IMG/VR virus record: IMGVR_UViG_3300032124_000002
Span: 15,455-79,454 of that record
Direction: 5' to 3' (one strand)
DNA length: 64,000 nt
From: a virus
Part shown: in pieces, positions 57,786 through 64,000 of the stretch
Layout: each line of letters starts with the position of its first letter
How positions within the stretch are numbered: the stretch's first letter is position 1
The notes under the pieces: generated by a model
Database searches by the model: none
Seen by the model: only the letters and a program-made list of their open reading frames with translations
Told to the model about the DNA's origin: nothing
Position numbers and translations under genes: made by a program

Positions 57786-60462
57786 TCTGGTCGTTAAAAT
57801 TAACGGCGATAGCGCAAAATTTGATGAGGAAGTTGCTCATCTGAATAAGCAGCTGAGCGGGTTAGGTAGAGCCGCGAACGACAGTACAGCCCAGGTCACC
57901 GCAGCTTTCACGCGGCAGGAGCGTGCTGCAAAACGTGCCGGTATTTCAATCGGCCAATACAATAATGCAATGCGCATGTTGCCTGCGCAGCTTACTGATG
58001 TCGCAACTCAGTTAGCTGGTGGGCAGAGCCCGTGGCTAATTTTGCTCCAGCAAGGCGGTCAGGTTAAAGACTCATTTGGTGGTCTGATCCCAACGTTTCG
58101 AGGATTACTTGGAGCTGTAAGTCCTTTGGCCGTTGGGATTGCAGCTTTGACTGCCGCTGGTGCCGGAATTGGATATATCTTCTATCAGGGAACGTCAACC
58201 CTTTCCGATTTTAATAAGACGTTGACGCTATCAGGTAACACGGCTGGTCTGACTACCGACAGAATGCTGGCACTGGCAAAATCGGGACAGCAAGCAGGAC
58301 TCACCTTTGATCAAACCACTGATTCTCTGACTGCATTAATTAATGCTGGCGTGGGGGCGGGTGCGCGTTTTGATGAACTAAGCCAGTCAGTTGCAAAATT
58401 TTCTACGGCATCTGGTATCCCCATTGAAAAGGTTGCGGAAGCGTTCGGGAAACTGACCAATGACCCGACGTCCGGCCTGATTGCGATGGCGCAACAATTT
58501 CATAATGTGACAGCCGAGCAGATTGATTACGTTGCTCAGTTACAACGATCAGGAGATGAAGCCGCTGCACTTCAGGCGGCTAATGATGCGGCGACGAAGG
58601 GATTTAACACCCAGACTCAGAGCCTGATCGATAGCATGGGGACGATTGAGCGGTCTGCTGATTCGTTGAAACGCGCGTTTAAATCAATGTGGGACGCTGC
58701 TCTGGATTTGGGGCGGCCAGACACAGCTGGGGAGATGGTAAGCAAGGCGCAATCAGCCTTTAAGCAGGCTGATGAAGTCTGGAATCTCAGGAAAAATGAT
58801 CGCTATGTAAACGATGAAGCCAGAGCCCGTTTCTGGAATGACAGGGAGTCGGCCCGACTGGCTCTTGATATGGCGCAGCAGCAAGCAGGTATTGCCAAAG
58901 CCAGCGCAGCAGCGGCCGAAAAGGAAGCGGAGGCAGAATCTGAAAAACAGAAATATGCCGCTCAAGCACAAGCCAATTATGCTAAATCGCAGACTGCGCT
59001 TGAAAAGTATACCGCCAGGCAGAATGAATTAAATAAAGCTCTGAAAGAAGGACATATCCTACAGGCTGATTACGCCATCAATATGGCCGCAGCCAAGAAA
59101 GAATATGAGGCCACCTTAAAAAAAACGCCGAAACCAAAAGGCGTTAAAGTTTCTGCTGGTGATCGTTCTTCTGATCAGACTGATGCCGAAACCCTGCAGT
59201 TGATGACCCAGTTAAAGTTGCTGCAACAGCATACGGGGCTTAACGATACCATCAGCCAGCAACGTAAAAATTTGTGGTCTTTACAGTCAAAATTCACGGT
59301 TATCGAAGAGGCATCGAAAACACGCGCGCTGAGCAAAGATGAACAATCTTTACTCGCCAGCAAGGATAAGGTTCTGGCGCAGGCGGAGGTTAATGCAAAA
59401 CTGGGCGATCAAATCGTTGCTCAGGAACGCCTGAATAAGCTTCAGGATAATGCATTAAAATATGTTACACAGATACAGGAAAAATCAGCTGCACTGACAG
59501 ATAGTGCTGGATTAAGTGACAGGGATGCACAGCGTAATAATGAGAGGGCGCAATTAAGGCAGGGCTGGAAAAACCAAGGCGGAAGCCTGGATGATGAGGG
59601 ATATAAAAAGGAACTGGGTGCTCTGGAGGGATATTACGCTGCGCAGGATGAAATGCGTAATAACTGGTTGGCTGGCGTTAAGTCATCATGGGAAAACTAT
59701 GCTGATATGGCCACCAATTACAATCAGATCGCCGCGGATACAACCAATACTGCGCTTAGTGGTGTAACAAGTAATCTCCAGCAGGGATTATATGACCTTG
59801 CCACTCAGTCCGAAGATGCTGGCGATGCTCTGAGCAACATGGTTGAAGGATTTGGGAAGACAGTTATTCAGACGCTGGCTCAACTGGCCGCACAGTGGCT
59901 GGTTTATCAGGGCGTTCAGCTTCTGGTTGGGAAGACCACTCAGGCAACGGCTGTTGCTCCGTTGATCGCTAATGCGCAGGCTACAGCGCTTCAGGCCCAA
60001 CTTGCAGCATATGCATCCACCGTTGCGATCCCAATAGTTGGTCCGGGTCTGGCACCTGCGGCACTGGCTGCGGCTGCTGGCGTAACTACCCCTCTTGTTG
60101 CTGCTATCTCAGCATCAGCTTTAGCCGGTATGGCTCACGATGGTATTGATAAAATTCCTGAGACGGGAACTTGGCTATTGAAAAAAGGAGAAAGGGTAAC
60201 TACCGCTGGAACTTCTGCCAAACTGGATGCGACGTTAGACCAGGTTCGGCAGCAAAGGACAACTGGTGGCCGTCAAATTGTTGCTGAATTTCATAATACC
60301 TTTTCTGGTAAGCCAGATGATGCAATGCTTGCCTCATTTGATAAGCGGCAGAGAGAGTCTGAAAAGCGTCTTGTGAAATATCTGACCTCTCAGATTATGG
60401 AGCCGACAGAAGAATATGGGCGTGCGATAAGGTCAGTATATCCGGGACGGAGAATGAGATAA
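57766..60462 (+). CDS. Tape measure protein (lambda H family)
   Basis: QLAGGQSPWLILLQQGGQVKDSFGG; GMAHDG..IPETGTWLL. Confidence 0.93.
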   Translation: MSQPVGDLVVKINGDSAKFDEEVAHLNKQLSGLGRAANDSTAQVTAAFTRQERAAKRAGISIGQYNNAMRMLPAQLTDVATQLAGGQSPWLILLQQGGQVKDSFGGLIPTFRGLLGAVSPLAVGIAALTAAGAGIGYIFYQGTSTLSDFNKTLTLSGNTAGLTTDRMLALAKSGQQAGLTFDQTTDSLTALINAGVGAGARFDELSQSVAKFSTASGIPIEKVAEAFGKLTNDPTSGLIAMAQQFHNVTAEQIDYVAQLQRSGDEAAALQAANDAATKGFNTQTQSLIDSMGTIERSADSLKRAFKSMWDAALDLGRPDTAGEMVSKAQSAFKQADEVWNLRKNDRYVNDEARARFWNDRESARLALDMAQQQAGIAKASAAAAEKEAEAESEKQKYAAQAQANYAKSQTALEKYTARQNELNKALKEGHILQADYAINMAAAKKEYEATLKKTPKPKGVKVSAGDRSSDQTDAETLQLMTQLKLLQQHTGLNDTISQQRKNLWSLQSKFTVIEEASKTRALSKDEQSLLASKDKVLAQAEVNAKLGDQIVAQERLNKLQDNALKYVTQIQEKSAALTDSAGLSDRDAQRNNERAQLRQGWKNQGGSLDDEGYKKELGALEGYYAAQDEMRNNWLAGVKSSWENYADMATNYNQIAADTTNTALSGVTSNLQQGLYDLATQSEDAGDALSNMVEGFGKTVIQTLAQLAAQWLVYQGVQLLVGKTTQATAVAPLIANAQATALQAQLAAYASTVAIPIVGPGLAPAALAAAAGVTTPLVAAISASALAGMAHDGIDKIPETGTWLLKKGERVTTAGTSAKLDATLDQVRQQRTTGGRQIVAEFHNTFSGKPDDAMLASFDKRQRESEKRLVKYLTSQIMEPTEEYGRAIRSVYPGRRMR

Positions 60463-60926
60463 TGGCAGATATTTATTACCCTCATGATTATCTTCCTGTT
60501 CCACTTTATGATGGTTATGGGTTTAAACCTGTATCACCGTCATTAAGAACTGAAATGATAACGGGGAGAGCACGACAACGACGTAGGTATTTGTCAACAC
60601 CAACACAAAGTAGCGTTAAGTGGCTATTTAAAAGTGATGGTCAGGCTCAGCTATTTGAAGCTTGGTTCCGCGAAACTATCACCGACGGTATTTCCTGGTT
60701 TTATATGGTACTCAAAACTCCAATGGGTATTGAGCCTTATAAGTGCCGTTTCGTCGATATTTATGAAGGTCCGACCCCGGTAAAACCGGGAAAGTGGATG
60801 TTTACTGCAACTTTGGAATTATGGGAAAGGCCCGTGTTACCACCTGGCTGGGCCGAGTTCCCTGACTTCATTGTGAACAGCGATATTCTTGATCTTGCAG
60901 TTAACAGGGAGTGGCCTGAAGCATGA
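60462..60926 (+). CDS. Minor tail protein
   Basis: RTEMITGRARQRR motif after TMP. Confidence 0.82.
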   Translation: MADIYYPHDYLPVPLYDGYGFKPVSPSLRTEMITGRARQRRRYLSTPTQSSVKWLFKSDGQAQLFEAWFRETITDGISWFYMVLKTPMGIEPYKCRFVDIYEGPTPVKPGKWMFTATLELWERPVLPPGWAEFPDFIVNSDILDLAVNREWPEA

Positions 60927-61405
60927 CAAGACTAAACAGGCTGTATGCCAGTAGCGGGCCGGAGGTGATCATTGAAACGCTGCAGATCACAGTTGGCTCA
61001 GATGTTCACTACCTGTGCCAGGGGTATGAGGATATTACGGCGACGACAGAGAGCGGCAATACCGTAACGTTTACCGCCTGCGCGATTGACATTGCGCTGC
61101 CGGCGCGCAACGCGGACGGTACGCAAGATTTGAAATTCGCCCTGTGCAATGTTGATGGTGTTGTGTCCACGACGATCCGCAATGCCCTGGCTAACAGGTT
61201 ATCTGCATCGCTGACATACCGCAGTTTTATCTCCACGGATTTAGCCGCGCCTGCGGAAGTGCCGTATACGCTGAAAATCAAGTCGGGTTACTGGACGGCT
61301 ACAGAGGTGCAGATCACTGCGGGCTATATGAATGTCCTTGATATGGCCTGGCCGCGTTACCGCTACACGCTCCCTGTCTTCCCCGGACTACGTTATATCA
61401 GCTAA
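60923..61405 (+). CDS. DUF1833 tail-tip protein
   Basis: LPARNADGTQDLKFALCNV..WPRYRY...FPGLRY. Confidence 0.85.
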   Translation: MTRLNRLYASSGPEVIIETLQITVGSDVHYLCQGYEDITATTESGNTVTFTACAIDIALPARNADGTQDLKFALCNVDGVVSTTIRNALANRLSASLTYRSFISTDLAAPAEVPYTLKIKSGYWTATEVQITAGYMNVLDMAWPRYRYTLPVFPGLRYIS

Positions 61406-61415
61406 GGAACCCATC

Positions 61416-61796
61416 ATGTTTAACCCTGATAAATACCGTTCAGTCACCTGGCTGAAGGGCGGTCGCGTATATCCGCAGCTCGACTGCTTCGGCATTGTGA
61501 ACGAGATACGCCGGGATTTGGGCTTGCCTCTCTGGCCTGATTTTGCCGGGGTCACGAAAGACGACGGCGGCCTCGACCGGGAGGCGCGTCAAATGATGCT
61601 TACCCTGGAACGCTGCGAGCCCTGTGAAGGGGCTGGCGTGGCCTGTTATTCCGGCTCAGCCGTCACCCATGTGGGGATTGTCGTCAGTATTGATGGCCTG
61701 CTGCATGTGGCGGAATGCAATCCAGGTTCTAACGTAACGTTTCTGCCGTTAGCGCGGTTTAAGCGGCGATTTGTCAAAGTGGAGTTCTGGCAATGA
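61416..61796 (+). CDS. NlpC/P60 tail-tip protein (K-like)
   Basis: GGRVYPQLDCFG..HVGIV catalytic C/H. Confidence 0.88.
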   Translation: MFNPDKYRSVTWLKGGRVYPQLDCFGIVNEIRRDLGLPLWPDFAGVTKDDGGLDREARQMMLTLERCEPCEGAGVACYSGSAVTHVGIVVSIDGLLHVAECNPGSNVTFLPLARFKRRFVKVEFWQ

Positions 61797-64000
61797 CCAT
61801 TCGTTTTTACCCGTCCCGGCTTCCCGGTGAACCTCTCGAAACGCATGAGCATGGTGTAACCAGTATTCGCAACTGGCTGGCGGTGAATGTTGAAGGTTAC
61901 GAGGATCGGGATGTGCCGCCGCTGACCATTGAGGTTGACGGTCTGTCCATTCCGCCAGGCGAGTGGGCTACTTGCGTGATCCACCCTGAAAGTGATGTCC
62001 GGCTTTATCCGGTGCCCTTCGGGCTGGAGGCAGCCACCATCGCGTGGATAGGTGTCGGTATCTCCGTTGCTGCAGCAGCTTATTCGCTGTTTATGATGAG
62101 CAGTATCGATACGGGGGGCTATACATCATCCACAGGGCGCAGTCTCGACCTGAACCCGGCGAAGGCAAATACCGCAAAGCTGGGTGATCCGATTCGCGAG
62201 GTGTTTGGCCGGGTGCGTATCTACCCTGATTATGTGGTCCAGCCTGTGACCCGGTTCGACGCTGCTGATCCTACGAAAATGCGCGTCCAGATGCTGCTGT
62301 GTCTCGGTGTCGGTGAACTGATTTATACCAATGGTGATATCCGGGTTGGCAGTACGCCAGCTTCAACGCTGCCGGGATTCAGCATCACCTATTTTCCGCC
62401 CGGCGCGGATGTTTCCGGCGATGAGCGCAGCGAGAACTGGTTCAACTCGACAGAGGTCGGTGGAACATCAAGCGGAACAGGGCTGGACATGGCCCAGACC
62501 TCGCCTGATTCCGACGATATTATCGCTGACAGCATGACGGTTTCTGGTGCATCCGTAACGTTTACAGGCCTTGATACGGATGATGGTGACGATGACGACG
62601 AGGACGATAATTCTCTTCCGGACAGCTGGGTAACGGGGACCATAGTTGAAATTAAGGCGCCGACAAATTATTTGATCTCCACCTCTTCTGGTTACAGTGT
62701 TTTTGCCAGCTCGTTGCTTACCGAACTTGCTCCCGTAGCGGGTATGCCGGTGACGCTGAGTTTCAACAGTGTCGATTATGACCTCGTCATTGCGTCCTAT
62801 ACCCCAGGTCAGGAGGCGGTGCCTGGCGAGGGTGGCAGTCCAGCAAAAATTCAGGCCAGTGCGGCTCCCGTCACCTACGATTTTTCGACCAGCTCCAGTT
62901 CGTTCATGATCACATGGCAGGGCACCACCTATACGGTATCGCTGGTAGCGAACTACATCTCGATGTCGGGGCTGCTGGCGGCTATCACCGAGGGGCTCAC
63001 TGGCTCCGGCCTGGTCGCACGGGACAACGGCGGTACCGTACTGATAACCGAGGCGGCCAGTCCGTTCGTTGGTGGGGCAATCACATCCTCCTCGCTGCCT
63101 GCAGCCGTTTTCGGTGATGCCCCGGTTTACACCTCCGGCACGGCATCAACCGGCGGCAGCCCGGCGGTAACGGCAAACGTGACGCTTGCGTATAACAGCA
63201 CTACGGGAACCGCATTCTCGGGCATGCCTGAAGGTGTGCAACGGCTTTCACTTGCTCACCGCGGGAATGAGTACCAGATCGTCTCTGCCGACGGCACAAC
63301 GGCAACAGTGGCGCGCCTGGTTAATGGGTCCGTTGATGAGTCGTGGCCGGGATTCACCGCCAGGACGATGATCGACTATGAGGCCACTGGTCTTAACGAC
63401 ACGCTGAGCTGGCTGGGGCCGTTCCTGGTTTGCCTTGATTTTTAATGATTCGACGTGCTCCGAGATCAATACTCTTTCCCTAACGGTATCTGCGGCTTTG
63501 ACAGTAAGGGCAAAAAACGGATTCGCCACGTTGAGTGGGAGATACAGTATCGCGTCTACGGTTCCGGATCGGGGTGGGTGAGTCACCAGGGCGAGTACGC
63601 GCTGAAAAACATCAACGGGTTAGGTTTCACTGAGCGGATCACCCTCAGTTCTCCGGGGCTGGTGGAAGTTCGCTGCCGTCGGCGCAATGAGCAGGGCTCA
63701 AACAACGCCAGGGATTCGATGTACTGGCAGGCACTGCGCGGGCGACTGCTGACACGTCCTTCATCCTATCCCGATGTGTCGCTGATGGCGGTGACCGTTG
63801 AGACGGGCGGGAAGCTGGCGGCTCAGTCGGACCGCCGCATAAACGTTGTGGCAACGCGGGCCTACGACTCAGGAACGGCCAGAACCATTTCGGGGGCGCT
63901 GCTGCATGTCGGGAGCTCGCTGGGGCTGGAGATGGACGTCGATACCATCAACGCGCTGGAGTCCGCGTACTGGACGCCACGGGGCGAAAATTTCGATTTC
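61793..64000 (+). pseudogene. Host-specificity J-like tail-tip protein interrupted by in-frame TAA TGA at 63443-63448; continues in the same frame to the window end
   Basis: Frame resumes with SFPNGICGFDSKGKKRIRHVEWEIQYR.. and stays open to 64000. Confidence 0.75.

Larger units (their letters stand above)
30652..64000. mobile_element. Prophage 2: lambdoid mosaic (Rac-like int/immunity, lambda-type head and tail); right end outside the window
   Basis: int-xis-early-cI/cro-O-Q-lysis-cos-head-tail order starting immediately 5' of argW. Confidence 0.93.

Noticed and set aside
63434-63472. IS end or excision scar inside J
   Set aside because: No match to IS termini I know, no target duplication, and length appears conserved

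Overview
The window holds no host housekeeping genes. It contains two prophages back to back around a tRNA-Arg(CCU) gene (argW, 30580-30651, minus strand). The argW sequence and the tail-spike N-terminus suggest a Klebsiella-like enterobacterium (inference). Prophage 1 (1-~30580, left part outside the window) is the late half of a contractile-tailed phage. It has a lysis cassette, terminase, DUF1073 portal, DUF2213/DUF2184 head genes, DUF3383 sheath, baseplate, three candidate receptor-binding proteins and an IntS-type integrase reading away from the argW 3' end. It shows decay: an internal deletion in the Rz/Rz1 spanins, and a deletion fusing an acyltransferase SGNH remnant to another gene remnant. 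Prophage 2 (~30652 to beyond 64000) is a lambdoid mosaic. It has a Rac IntR-like integrase on the 5' side of argW, RacR/YdaS-like immunity with clear operators, a ParB + DndB(DGQHR) early operon, O/Dam/RusA/Q, GH19 lysis and HNH. An abrupt junction then leads into a lambda-type cos, terminase, ClpP-capsid fusion and non-contractile tail. The most promising novelties are: (i) an AT-rich moron at the lysis-cos junction encoding a Tse2-like ADP-ribosyltransferase-fold protein, an overlapping small immunity-like gene and a (GTTTAT)8 microsatellite; (ii) a covarying structured RNA leader present twice in prophage 1; (iii) a tail spike whose C-terminus resembles a BNR_4/PL24 beta-propeller lyase; (iv) a tandem CCHC zinc-knuckle microprotein; (v) an argW copy that lacks an encoded CCA and appears cut off from its host promoter. 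All family assignments come from motif recognition by eye; no searches were run.
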